A DNA stretch of 64,000 bases, from the IMG/VR virus record IMGVR_UViG_3300010396_000042, positions 1-64,000 of that record; one strand, 5' to 3'. Below, piece after piece: positions 38,298 through 47,711 of the stretch. Within the stretch, counting starts at the first letter, position 1; each line of letters starts with the position of its first letter. The DNA is from a virus. The position numbers and the translations under genes are program-made. The notes beneath the pieces are model-generated. The model searched no databases and was not told the origin of the DNA. It saw only the letters and a list, made by a program, of their open reading frames with translations.

Positions 38298-38908
38298 TCC
38301 CTGCTTCCATTCAAGCCCTGCGGCGCGCACGAGGCCTGCACGGCGTCCTCGTCGAGATCCTTGGCCAGCAGATCGTCGACGGCACCGTCGACCCCGGCAA
38401 GCCCCTCGTGCCCGAGGCGGTGGGCGAGAAGTACGAGGTCTCGCGCACGGTCGTTCGCGAAACCCTGCGGGTTCTGGAAACCAAGGGCCTGATCGCCGCG
38501 CGGCCGAACACCGGCACGAGGGTCCGGCCGATCGAGGAGTGGAACCTGCTCGACGCCGACGTGCTGCGCTGGCGCGCCAGCAGCGAAGCGAACGGCGATG
38601 ACGTGCTCGGCGAGCAGGTGCGGGTGTTCACCGGGATGATGCTCGCGCTGCGCCCTGCCCTCGAGGACAACCTGCTTTACCGGCAGCTGCTCGCGGTACT
38701 CGGCGTCACGCCCGAACCCGCGGCCGACGGCGCGATCGAAGACGCCGCCACGGCCGCGGCGGACGCGGGCGCCGAAGCGGCCGAGGAGCTCGACGGGGAG
38801 GGCATCGAGGAACTAGGTGCGGGCGCGGGCGCCGCCTTCGTCGCAACCGTCCTCGAGGCCGCCTCCCCCACGCCTGCGCTTTCGCAGCACGCTGAGGCCG
38901 CGGCATGA
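38294..38908 (+). CDS. GntR/FadR winged-HTH protein, WhiH-like, lacking the FCD effector domain
   Basis: RGLHGVLVEILGQQIVDG..PLVPE..YEVSRTVVRETLRVLETKGLIAARPNTGTRVRP..WNLLD. Confidence 0.85.
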   Translation: MIPASIQALRRARGLHGVLVEILGQQIVDGTVDPGKPLVPEAVGEKYEVSRTVVRETLRVLETKGLIAARPNTGTRVRPIEEWNLLDADVLRWRASSEANGDDVLGEQVRVFTGMMLALRPALEDNLLYRQLLAVLGVTPEPAADGAIEDAATAAADAGAEAAEELDGEGIEELGAGAGAAFVATVLEAASPTPALSQHAEAAA

Positions 38909-39321
38909 GACCGGACCTGCCCCCGATCGACAACGAGACCTGGCGGCTCGTCGTCGAGGACACCCAGACCGAGTTCGCCCGCGCCGCCGTGCTGCTGGGC
39001 GAGCACGACCGGCGCGACGGAACCGGCAGGCACGACTACGGCACCCAGGCCGAGCAAGCAGCGTTCTCCGCGCGGCGCGCCCGAGGCAAGAACAAGCTCA
39101 CCTGGCGCCATCTGGCCGCCGAGCTGTACTGGGCCACGATCGCGGAAAGCGATGAGCGGGTTCTGCGCGAGCGGCTCCTGCGCCTGGCCGCGCTCGCCCT
39201 GCTCTGGGCTAGCGCCATCGACCGCCGCTCACAGCAAAAGGCCTCCGCGCCATCCAAGACCTCCGGCGCGCCTTCCCCCGCGCCGGAGAACCCTGACACC
39301 AGTAGACGGGCTGAATCATGA
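38905..39321 (+). CDS. Hypothetical protein (MazG-like helical fold possible)
   Basis: TWRHL..E..LRERL..LAALALLWASAIDRR. Confidence 0.5.
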   Translation: MRPDLPPIDNETWRLVVEDTQTEFARAAVLLGEHDRRDGTGRHDYGTQAEQAAFSARRARGKNKLTWRHLAAELYWATIAESDERVLRERLLRLAALALLWASAIDRRSQQKASAPSKTSGAPSPAPENPDTSRRAES

Positions 39322-40640
39322 GCCTGACAACGACGGCATATCGTGAGTTCCTCGCCCGCAAAGCCGCCGGCTTGCCACAGCATGGAGATCCGGTCGATCC
39401 CGCTGAAGTGCATCCGATGCTGCACCCCTGGCAGCGGCAAATCGTAGCCTGGGCTGTCCGCACCGGCCGTGCAGCGCTGTGGGCTGACACCGGCCTCGGT
39501 AAGTCATTCATGCAGCTGGAGTGGGCACGTCTCTCCACCCCGGCCGCAGGCCGGGCTCTGATCGTCGCACCTCTGGCCGTGTGCCAGCAGACCGCACGCG
39601 AAGCCAGCCGCATCGGTATCGACGCGCGCTATGTTCGCGGCGACGGCCAGGCCGACGGCCCCGGCGTGTGGATCACCAATTACGAGATGATCGAGCACTT
39701 CGACGCCGCTCGGCTCGACGCGGTAACGCTCGACGAGTCTTCGATCCTCAAGGACGTCACGAGCAAGACCCGCGACTTGCTGATCGCGCACTTCGCGCCG
39801 GTGCGTCGCCGACTGGCGTGCTCCGCGACGCCGGCGCCGAACGACGTGGCGGAGCTGGCCAACCACGCCGAATTCCTCGGCGTCGCCAGCCGCCGGGAAA
39901 TGCTCTCCACCTACTTCGTGCACGACCAGGACGGCTGGCGGCCCAAAGGCCACGCCCGCGGGCCGATGTTCCGCTGGATGTCGGGATGGGCGGTCGCGCT
40001 GCGGCGCCCCTCGGACATCGGCTACAGCGACGACGGCTACGTGCTACCCGAGCTGCGAATCGTCCCGCACCTGCTGCCGGTGGACCTCGAGGTTGACGGC
40101 CAGCTGTTCGCCACGAGCCTCGGCGGTGTCGGCGGCCGCGCCAAGGTGCGCCGCGACACTCTCCAAGCGCGCTGCCGCCGCGCGGCCGACCTGGTCGCCG
40201 CAGAGTCGGACCAGCCATGGCTGCTGTGGTGCGGACTGAACGACGAAGCCGATGCCCTCGCCCGGATGATCCCCGGCGCGGTCAACGTGCACGGATCCAT
40301 GACGCCGGAGCAGAAGGCCGAACTGCTGCTCGGCTTCGCCGACGGCGACATCCGCTACCTGATCACGAAGCCGGGGATCGCCGCGTTCGGCCTGAACTGG
40401 CAGCACTGCGCCCGCATGGCTTTCGTTGGCCTCTCCGACTCGTACGAGCAGTACTACCAGGCGATCCGCCGCTGCTACCGCTACGGCCAGGCCCGGCCCG
40501 TGCACGTGCACATCATCCTGTCCGACCTGGAAGGACAGATCGCCGCCAACGTCTCGCGCAAGGAACGCGACGCCGCCCGATTCACCGGCGAACTCGTCGC
40601 CCAGATGCGCGCCACCACCACCTGGAGCCGTGCCGCATGA
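39318..40640 (+). CDS. SNF2-like superfamily 2 helicase
   Basis: DTGLGKS (Walker A), TNYE, LDESS, SATP, GLNWQ, QAIRRCYRYGQ. Confidence 0.88.
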   Translation: MSLTTTAYREFLARKAAGLPQHGDPVDPAEVHPMLHPWQRQIVAWAVRTGRAALWADTGLGKSFMQLEWARLSTPAAGRALIVAPLAVCQQTAREASRIGIDARYVRGDGQADGPGVWITNYEMIEHFDAARLDAVTLDESSILKDVTSKTRDLLIAHFAPVRRRLACSATPAPNDVAELANHAEFLGVASRREMLSTYFVHDQDGWRPKGHARGPMFRWMSGWAVALRRPSDIGYSDDGYVLPELRIVPHLLPVDLEVDGQLFATSLGGVGGRAKVRRDTLQARCRRAADLVAAESDQPWLLWCGLNDEADALARMIPGAVNVHGSMTPEQKAELLLGFADGDIRYLITKPGIAAFGLNWQHCARMAFVGLSDSYEQYYQAIRRCYRYGQARPVHVHIILSDLEGQIAANVSRKERDAARFTGELVAQMRATTTWSRAA

Positions 40641-41635
40641 CCACCGACACCGTGAACGACCCCTACCTGACCGACGACGCCCGCGGCGAGAACTGGCATC
40701 TGATGCTCGGCGACTCCTGTGAACGGCTCGCTGAAGTCGCCGACAACTCCGTCGACATGTCGATCTGCTCCCCGCCGTTCGCGCAGCTCTACAACTACTC
40801 GCCTTCGCCGCGCGACCTGTCCAACTCCCGCGACCGCGCCGAGTTCTTCGAGCACTACCGGTTCATCATCCGCGAGCAGCTGCGCGTCACCAAGCCCGGC
40901 CGGCTCGCGTGCGTGCACGTCCAGCAGATCACCCTGCAGAAGGTGCTGCACGGCTACGTCGGGCTGACCGACTTCCGCGGCCAGGTGATCCGCGCGTTCG
41001 AAGACGAGGGATGGATCTTCCACGGCGAAGTCACCATCGACAAGGACCCGCAGGCGCAGGCGATCCGCACTAAGGCGCAGTCGCTGCTGTTCGTCACCAA
41101 GGACCGCGACTCCTCCATGCTGCGCCCCGCGCTCGCGGACTACGTGCTGTTCTTCCGTGTCCCCGGTGAAAACGCCGTCCCCGTCAAGACCGACGTCACG
41201 CACGAGGAGTGGATCGAGTGGGCCAGGCCGATCTGGCCCGGCGTGTCCGACCTCGACGCGATGGACGCCATGGAGAACCTGGGGCTCGCACTGCCCCGGT
41301 CCGCCTGGTACGGCATCCGCGAAACCAACACCCTCAACACACGCGTGGCAAGGGAAGACGCCGACGAGCGGCACATCTGCCCATTGCAGCTAGACCTGGT
41401 TGAGCGCCTGGTGCGGCTGTGGTCCAACCCGGGCGAGACGGTCCTGACACCGTTCGCCGGCATCGGCACCGAGGTGTACGTCGCGGTCAAATGCGGGCGC
41501 CGCGGCGTCGGTGTCGAACTTAAGGCCTCTTACTGGCGCAGCGCCGTGGACAACCTGCGGGCTCTCACCGCCGAAATGGCAGTGCCCACGCTAATGGATG
41601 CACTGTCGGACACTGAAGAGGCCTGCCTCTCATGA
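40637..41635 (+). CDS. DNA amino-methyltransferase (N4C/N6A, beta class)
   Basis: SPPF catalytic motif, HICPLQ, VLTPFAGIGT SAM-binding motif. Confidence 0.88.
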   Translation: MTTDTVNDPYLTDDARGENWHLMLGDSCERLAEVADNSVDMSICSPPFAQLYNYSPSPRDLSNSRDRAEFFEHYRFIIREQLRVTKPGRLACVHVQQITLQKVLHGYVGLTDFRGQVIRAFEDEGWIFHGEVTIDKDPQAQAIRTKAQSLLFVTKDRDSSMLRPALADYVLFFRVPGENAVPVKTDVTHEEWIEWARPIWPGVSDLDAMDAMENLGLALPRSAWYGIRETNTLNTRVAREDADERHICPLQLDLVERLVRLWSNPGETVLTPFAGIGTEVYVAVKCGRRGVGVELKASYWRSAVDNLRALTAEMAVPTLMDALSDTEEACLS

Positions 41636-42318
41636 CCGGCCAGCAGACCCCCTTCGAGAGCGTCACCGCCTTCGTCGACGCATGGCGTACCGGCAACGTT
41701 TTCACAATCGAATCAGTACACGACGAACCTGACGCCGTCGCCCTCGTCACCTTCACGTCCGACGGCAAGCTGCTCCTGCGCCGGAGCCACGTGCGCCGAG
41801 TCCTCGACCAGATCGCCTTCCTCGACGGCCGTATTGACTCGCTTACCCGCGAACGCGACGAGGTGGCCGAGAAGCTGGCCGTGGCCATGCGCACCGTGGC
41901 CGCGATCGCCGGCGGCCCAGGCGACCAGAACTCTTCCGCGCCGCACCAGGTCACCGTCACGCAACTGGGCGGCGACTTCGACCTGAGCGACAAGCGGGAG
42001 CACGAGAAGCTCGTCGCAGACGGTGCCACGGGCGGCTGGGTCTCCCACCTCGTCCAGCACCCGCCGGCCTGCCACCAGCTGCGCTACGGCCAGCTGTGCC
42101 CGTTCGACGACGAGTGGGAGAACGGCCAATACACCTACGACGACCTCTCCCCAGGCCTCTACGACGTACTCCCCGGCCACCACGACGTCGGTGACCACAA
42201 CGGCGAGTACTCCCATACCGAGGACTACCTCGTCTACACGCCCATCGGCGACGCACCGCAGCGCCCAGCCCCCGCGGCCGCCATCTGGCCCGGCTACAGC
42301 GAGGAGCCCCCGTTTTGA
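41632..42318 (+). CDS. Hypothetical protein
   Basis: Coupled; ends EEPPF. Confidence 0.6.
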   Translation: MTGQQTPFESVTAFVDAWRTGNVFTIESVHDEPDAVALVTFTSDGKLLLRRSHVRRVLDQIAFLDGRIDSLTRERDEVAEKLAVAMRTVAAIAGGPGDQNSSAPHQVTVTQLGGDFDLSDKREHEKLVADGATGGWVSHLVQHPPACHQLRYGQLCPFDDEWENGQYTYDDLSPGLYDVLPGHHDVGDHNGEYSHTEDYLVYTPIGDAPQRPAPAAAIWPGYSEEPPF

Positions 42319-43277
42319 GCCGCGTCGCCCCCAATCCGTACAGCCCCTTCGCGGACGCCGACCCGCAGCTGCGGCACCTGTTCCCCGTCCCGGCGTTCAT
42401 CTCCGTGCCGCCCGTGCCCGGGAGTCTCGCGCTGACCGGTTGCAGTCGGCTTGCCATGGTCCCGTGGGACGTCACTGAGGCGCCCGCGCGCGAGGAGCTG
42501 CCCGAGGGCACGTGCCCGTTGTGCGCGCGGCCGATGCGGGAGGGCAACCCGCAGCCGGATCAGCGGCCGGTCGCCGCGTGCCACCGCTGCCTGGCCCCAA
42601 CCCGGCACGACGGGCTGTGCGCGCTGTGCCGCGTGACCATGCACGAGCACTGGCAGGTCGAGCAAGCCGCAGACGCGGCGAACCAAGGCACGCTCGACTA
42701 CCGCGCGATCCGCCGCGAGCAGCACCCCGGATCCGTGCTGATCGAGAACGCGGCCGCGCTCCTCGACGATCACGGCGAGGGCAGCCGCAGTGCTCTCGCC
42801 GCCGCGGACATGGCCATGCCTCCCGCGCAATGGTGCCGCGCCTACGGTGTCACCATTCTCGACCCCGACGGGTGGCGTCACGGCAACTTCCATCCCTGGG
42901 ACGCCCCGGTCACGCTCGCCGAGTTCTCCCGCCGCGCAGCGATGAGCACCACCGACTGCGCTAACCCCGCATGGGAGGGCATCAGCCGGGACCTGAAGGC
43001 GCAGAGCGCGGCCACTCAGCCCCTGCCCGGCCACTCCGGCAAGCTCGCCCAACGCCCCGACTGGTTGGACAAGCCCGAGCGCGCGCTGACCGCCGAGGAG
43101 ATCGGCACCTACCGCCTTGACCACTGCGGGACCTGCCGCGACGCCGAGTTCTACGGCTGGAGCGGAACCACCGCCAGCCAGGCACACGCGGAACACCAGG
43201 AGACCAACGACGTCGGGCCGCTAAGAGGCACGCCCTGCCGCTGCCCGAAGTGCACGGACGGTGGCGGCCGCCGATGA
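42315..43277 (+). CDS. Hypothetical multi-Zn-finger protein
   Basis: Multiple CxxC; ILDPDGW motif. Confidence 0.6.
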   Translation: MSRVAPNPYSPFADADPQLRHLFPVPAFISVPPVPGSLALTGCSRLAMVPWDVTEAPAREELPEGTCPLCARPMREGNPQPDQRPVAACHRCLAPTRHDGLCALCRVTMHEHWQVEQAADAANQGTLDYRAIRREQHPGSVLIENAAALLDDHGEGSRSALAAADMAMPPAQWCRAYGVTILDPDGWRHGNFHPWDAPVTLAEFSRRAAMSTTDCANPAWEGISRDLKAQSAATQPLPGHSGKLAQRPDWLDKPERALTAEEIGTYRLDHCGTCRDAEFYGWSGTTASQAHAEHQETNDVGPLRGTPCRCPKCTDGGGRR

Positions 43278-43657
43278 GCCCTTCGCGCACCACCGCTCTC
43301 GATCTGATCACCGGCCCTGGTCACGTGCCGTTCACGCGGCAGATGGCGCTGGACATGTCCGAGGCCGTACTGCAGAGCCACATCCTCGGCGAGGCGCGCG
43401 ATCTCGGCTGGGGTCTGCGTTATCACACCTACGACTCCCGCAAGTCCGAGAAGGGCTTCCCGGATCTCGTGCTCGTTCACGAACGCCAGCGACGCCTGCT
43501 TATCAGCGAGCTGAAGAAGGAGACCGGCCGCCAGAGCCCCGAGCAGAAGGATTGGGAGCGCGCACTGCTGGCTATCGGCCAGGAGTTCTACCTGTGGCGC
43601 CCCACGGACTGGCTCAACCGCTCCGTCACCCGGATCCTGCTGCGGCGGCCCGCGTGA
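43274..43657 (+). CDS. VRR-NUC domain nuclease
   Basis: MSEA.LQ, YHTYDSRKS..GFPDLVL, ELK...GR.SPEQ..W, WRP.D. Confidence 0.85.
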   Translation: MSPSRTTALDLITGPGHVPFTRQMALDMSEAVLQSHILGEARDLGWGLRYHTYDSRKSEKGFPDLVLVHERQRRLLISELKKETGRQSPEQKDWERALLAIGQEFYLWRPTDWLNRSVTRILLRRPA

Positions 43658-44295
43658 CCCACACGCCCCTGAAGGTTCCCTCGCGGATGGCCGGCCTGCC
43701 GCGGGACAAGCACGGCCGCGTCGTGCCCTGGTTCGTCGCCTTCATCGACGGCCAGCCCGATTTCCGGGTCATCCGCGACGACGGCATCAACCTCGCGCTG
43801 CACGCGAGCATCTGCTGGCTGTGCGGCAGGCCGATGGGACGCTTCACGGCATTCGTGATCGGCCCGATGTGCGCGGTCAACCGCGTCACCGCCGAGCCCG
43901 GCTCCCACACGGATTGCGCGCTGTACGCCGTGAAGGCCTGTCCGTTCCTTTCCAACCCCCGCATGCAGCGCCGCGAGATCGAAGGCTGGACTCCTCCGGC
44001 AGGCGTCGGGATCAAGCGCAACCCCGGGGTCGCGCTCGTGTGGGTCACCCGCTCCTTCTCGCTGTTCCCTGACGGTCTGGGCTCCCATCTGATCCGCCTG
44101 GGCGACCCGGCGTCCGTGTTCTGGTTCGCCGAAGGCCGCACCGCGACCCGCGCCGAGGTCCTGGCCTCGATCGACTCGGGGATGCCGATCCTGCGTGATG
44201 CCTGCGACCAGGACGAGGACCCCGAGCAGTCACGGCGCGATGTCGAAGCCGAATACCGTCGAGCGCTCGCGCTGGTTCCCGGTGATGCGCTATGA
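43654..44295 (+). CDS. Conserved hypothetical Zn-binding phage protein
   Basis: PWFV, CWLCG, EPGSH..CA.YA..ACPFL. Confidence 0.65.
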   Translation: MTHTPLKVPSRMAGLPRDKHGRVVPWFVAFIDGQPDFRVIRDDGINLALHASICWLCGRPMGRFTAFVIGPMCAVNRVTAEPGSHTDCALYAVKACPFLSNPRMQRREIEGWTPPAGVGIKRNPGVALVWVTRSFSLFPDGLGSHLIRLGDPASVFWFAEGRTATRAEVLASIDSGMPILRDACDQDEDPEQSRRDVEAEYRRALALVPGDAL

Positions 44296-44687
44296 CCGAC
44301 GATCCGACCCGAGAACAGCACCGCGCGGCGCCCGATCGAGCCAGCGCCACACAACCGCGCCCGCGGATCCTCGCCAAGACCGTCTTGAGCGCGTTCACAG
44401 GTGCTGGTGTGCTGATCGCGACCGGCGACGTGATGGTCGGCGCGCCCTGGTATGACGCGGCTGGTGCGGCCGCCGTCGCCGTCATCGCCGCGGTGTACCT
44501 GGGCCGCGTGATCCACATCGGGCAACGGCACTGGGCCATGTGCGGCGACGAGATGTGGCTCGGCGGCGAGCCCGCGTTTATCTGCCGGCGCCGCCGCCAT
44601 CACCGGGGCGATCACCGCGAGGACAACGTCTCCTGGAACCGCGATGGCGGCCCGTACTACACCTGGCGCGGACGGCCGACGCGATGA
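44292..44687 (+). CDS. Membrane protein
   Basis: Two TM segments and a Cys/His tail; coupled. Confidence 0.55.
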   Translation: MTDDPTREQHRAAPDRASATQPRPRILAKTVLSAFTGAGVLIATGDVMVGAPWYDAAGAAAVAVIAAVYLGRVIHIGQRHWAMCGDEMWLGGEPAFICRRRRHHRGDHREDNVSWNRDGGPYYTWRGRPTR

Positions 44688-45043
44688 GGAACCGTCTGCT
44701 CGACCTTGCGTTCTTCCTGCTCGGCGGCTTCGTCGGCATGATCCCGCTGCCCGTGGCGCAAGAGGCCGCGTCGTTCCTGCTCGTGCTCGCCCTCCTGGCA
44801 GTGCTCAGCCACCTGTGCGGCCGCGCCCTCGCGCTGTTCACCCGCGCCCTGGCCCGGCCTGCGCGCCGCCTGCTCGCGCTCACCCCGGACCGGCCGAGTC
44901 CGCTGCTGACGACACCGGCACGTCGGCGCCTGATCGCGTGGTTGGCGTGGCGCCGCCCGCACTTACATACCGGGTCGCCGAGCCCCGGCCGGCGACGCCA
45001 CGAGCACGACGTACCGCTGCCGCTCGCCACGCCACCCCCATGA
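44684..45043 (+). CDS. Membrane protein
   Basis: Two TM segments; ATGA coupling. Confidence 0.5.
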   Translation: MRNRLLDLAFFLLGGFVGMIPLPVAQEAASFLLVLALLAVLSHLCGRALALFTRALARPARRLLALTPDRPSPLLTTPARRRLIAWLAWRRPHLHTGSPSPGRRRHEHDVPLPLATPPP

Positions 45044-45077
45044 ACATCAGAGCTTTGAGACTAACGGGAGCCCGCAG

Positions 45078-46034
45078 GTGCACGACGACGACGAGCAGGA
45101 CGACCCACCCATGGTGGAGCGCAACGACTGGCTGCGCACCATCGAACGGCTCAAAATGCCCTCCACCCGCGTAGGGATCGCCCTCTACATCGCGTGGAAG
45201 GGCAACCAGGACGGCAGCAGCATCACCGTGGGCGAGAAGCGCATCGCCCGCGTCTTCGGGATCGACGTGAGCACCGCGCGACGGCACATGGACGCCCTGC
45301 GCAAGCTGCGCCTTATCTACCGTAAGAGCCGCGGCAGCGGCCGCGGCGGCACGGGCACGATCGCCAGCAGCCACTACCTGTGCTACCCGGATGACATCAC
45401 GAAGCTGCCGTGGCACCACGACGTCGACATGCAGCCCTCCGAGCAGCCGCTCACCGCGCTGCCGGACACCGAGTACACCGTGCACCTGGGTGCGGTGAAG
45501 GCTGTGGACAATCCCGAACACCGCGCACCTGTGCCCGGTGAAGATCCTGTGGATAACCAGGAACACCGCGCACCAGTGCGTGCTGAAGCCGCCGAAACGC
45601 CTGTGGACAACTTCGAACACCGCGCATCCACGCACGCTGTTTCAGAAGGAACACCGCGCACTGACGACGAGAACACCGCGCACCAGAGCCAGGAACACCG
45701 CGCACTGACGACGAGAACACCGCGCACCAGTGCGCGGCTACCTAACTACTACCAACCCTCTACCAACCCGAAGACCAACTGTTCTCTCGTAAGCCGGGTA
45801 CCTCACGTGCCGAAAACGATCAAGAACGAGGCACCGAGGAATCTCGCTCCGAACCCCGACTACCCCGCCGCCCGCGACACGCTCCTGCTGTTGCCCGACC
45901 TCGGCGCCATGGTCATGGCGCTCGCAGCCAAGGAGCTGGCCGCCGAAGGCCACGAAGATCCTCCCCTCGAGGCACATGTCATCCGCGCCGCCGAGATCGC
46001 CACCCGGCCCGGGCCCGAGCGGATGTCGGCATGA
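45078..46034 (+). CDS. Replication initiator (N-terminal winged HTH, lambda O-like organisation)
   Basis: GEKRIARVFGIDVSTARRHMDALRKLRLIYR HTH; internal iteron array. Confidence 0.78.
   Translation: MHDDDEQDDPPMVERNDWLRTIERLKMPSTRVGIALYIAWKGNQDGSSITVGEKRIARVFGIDVSTARRHMDALRKLRLIYRKSRGSGRGGTGTIASSHYLCYPDDITKLPWHHDVDMQPSEQPLTALPDTEYTVHLGAVKAVDNPEHRAPVPGEDPVDNQEHRAPVRAEAAETPVDNFEHRASTHAVSEGTPRTDDENTAHQSQEHRALTTRTPRTSARLPNYYQPSTNPKTNCSLVSRVPHVPKTIKNEAPRNLAPNPDYPAARDTLLLLPDLGAMVMALAAKELAAEGHEDPPLEAHVIRAAEIATRPGPERMSA
45503..45726 (+). repeat. Putative replication origin: 7 iterons plus 3 DnaA boxes
   Basis: GAACACCGCGCA at 45516, 45561, 45615, 45649, 45671, 45693, 45715; TGTGGACAA/TGTGGATAA at 45503, 45548, 45602. 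Confidence 0.8.
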
Positions 46035-46351
46035 GCGCCCGTCGCACGGTGCTGCGCGGCACCTCGGGCCTACCGCTTGGCCCCAAGGCCCGCGTCACGC
46101 GCCAGAACCTGCTCGACGCGCTCGCCGAGGTCCTCGCCTGCACCCCGTGGCACCTGGTCACGGTCACCGACGTCGCCTACACGGCGAACACGAGCCCTGC
46201 GACGTTCTACCAGTATTTCGAGTCGCTCGCCGAAGCGGTCCTGGAGCTGGCCGCGGCCGCCGAACGCTCGCGCCGCACCATGCCCGAGCACCTGGAGATG
46301 ATCACCGGGCTGCTGCGGTTCGAGCGACGCGCTCTGGCGGTGCGCCGATGA
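46031..46351 (+). CDS. TetR-family HTH-only protein
   Basis: TRQNLLDAL..VTVTDVA..ANTSPATFYQYF; only 106 aa. Confidence 0.8.
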   Translation: MSARRTVLRGTSGLPLGPKARVTRQNLLDALAEVLACTPWHLVTVTDVAYTANTSPATFYQYFESLAEAVLELAAAAERSRRTMPEHLEMITGLLRFERRALAVRR

Positions 46352-46638
46352 GCACCCGCAACGTCAAAGACCTCCTCGTCGAGATCTGGGAGGGCAAGCT
46401 GCGCGCCGCGGGCGCCCGCAACCCGCACGCCCTGGCCCTGGAGCTCGCAGCGATCGCCGAGGCGCACGGCATCCGCCTGGCCCGCCCCGCGCTCCTGCAC
46501 GACCCGGCAGCCGACTGGAAACCAACCCCGCAGCTGACGGCCGCCGCGCAATCTGCCGACCACGCCTCGAACAACCAGGCCGTCAAAGCGCTGATCGCGC
46601 AGCGCCCGGCCTGCCCCGATCGGCAGGACGGCTCATGA
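46348..46638 (+). CDS. Hypothetical protein
   Basis: ATGA coupling at both ends. Confidence 0.55.
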   Translation: MSTRNVKDLLVEIWEGKLRAAGARNPHALALELAAIAEAHGIRLARPALLHDPAADWKPTPQLTAAAQSADHASNNQAVKALIAQRPACPDRQDGS

Positions 46639-47711
46639 CCGCCACCCTCGATACACCGCCGGCCACCTCCAGCCGGCGTGTCGGTGCCCCTGGCGCCCGG
46701 CTCAAGCGGGAGCTCGCCGCGACCTTCGCGCGGCTGCGCCCGGCCGGATCCTGGCACGAGCACGCGGCGTGCCGAACCAGCGACCCGGAAGCGTTCTTCG
46801 AGACCACGTCCGCCGACGCGGCCAAGGCCGTGTGCCGCGGCTGCCCGGTCATCGACAAGTGCCTGCGCTGGGCCCTGGAGTCCCAGGAGGCGCACGGCGT
46901 GTGGGGCGGCCTGACCGAACTCGAACGCGGCGAGCTGACCGGTGCGCAACCCGGCTCCCCCGAGCGACGCGCCAAGGCGCTGCGCTACGCCACGCGCCTC
47001 GCAGCGCTCGCACACAGCAAGGAGCAGCGCATGGCCGCACTCAAGGCCGCCCAAACCCCCGCGGCGCATTCCGCGCCGCAGCCTAAGAAGCGCACCGTGC
47101 CCGGCGCGCTACCGCGCTCGGCGCAGGTCAAGCGTCGCAAAGGCTGCCCCGTCGCGCCCACCACGGCGCCGATCGCCATCTATCAGGGCGACCCCTGGAT
47201 CAACCACCGCATCAAACTCGCCGTCGCCCCCGCGCCGCTGCAACCGGGCCACAGCGACGAACGCAAACCCCTGAGCGAGCGCGAAGCCGAAGTCCTCGAC
47301 CTGATGGCCGAAGGGCTGAGCAACAAGCAGATCGGAGCCAAACTCGTCCTCAGTCCGCTGAGCATCAAGACCCACAAGGTCCGCATCGCCGAGCACCTCG
47401 GCGGCTGCGGCGAAACGAGCCACTCGGTGGCGCTCGGCTACGCGCACGGCTACCTGCGCCCGCATCCGCTGTCCCCGAACCACCTGATCAACCCCACCGA
47501 GCGCCCGCTCGAGGTACTGCGCCTGCTGCCGGAAGGGCTGCGCAACAGCGAGATCGGCGCCCGGCTGCACGTGAGCGAGGAAACCGTCAAGAGCCATGTC
47601 GCGCGCCTGCTCAAGATCTACGGCGCGCGCAACCGCGCGCACCTGGTGTCCATCGCGTTCGACACCGGGTTGTTCGTCGCGATCCTCGAGGAAACCGAGG
47701 GGCGCCCATGA
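46635..47711 (+). CDS. WhiB-family Fe-S domain fused to two LuxR-type HTH domains
   Basis: AAC..DPEAFF..AKAVCRGCPV..C..GVWGGLTE.ER; LSEREAEVL..GLSNKQIG; TERPLEVL..GLRNSEIG..VSEETVKSHV. Confidence 0.88.
   Translation: MTATLDTPPATSSRRVGAPGARLKRELAATFARLRPAGSWHEHAACRTSDPEAFFETTSADAAKAVCRGCPVIDKCLRWALESQEAHGVWGGLTELERGELTGAQPGSPERRAKALRYATRLAALAHSKEQRMAALKAAQTPAAHSAPQPKKRTVPGALPRSAQVKRRKGCPVAPTTAPIAIYQGDPWINHRIKLAVAPAPLQPGHSDERKPLSEREAEVLDLMAEGLSNKQIGAKLVLSPLSIKTHKVRIAEHLGGCGETSHSVALGYAHGYLRPHPLSPNHLINPTERPLEVLRLLPEGLRNSEIGARLHVSEETVKSHVARLLKIYGARNRAHLVSIAFDTGLFVAILEETEGRP

Noticed and set aside
45503-45726. Mini-CRISPR or DGR repeat
   Set aside because: 12-bp repeats inside an initiator gene with DnaA boxes fit iterons; no reverse transcriptase or cas gene
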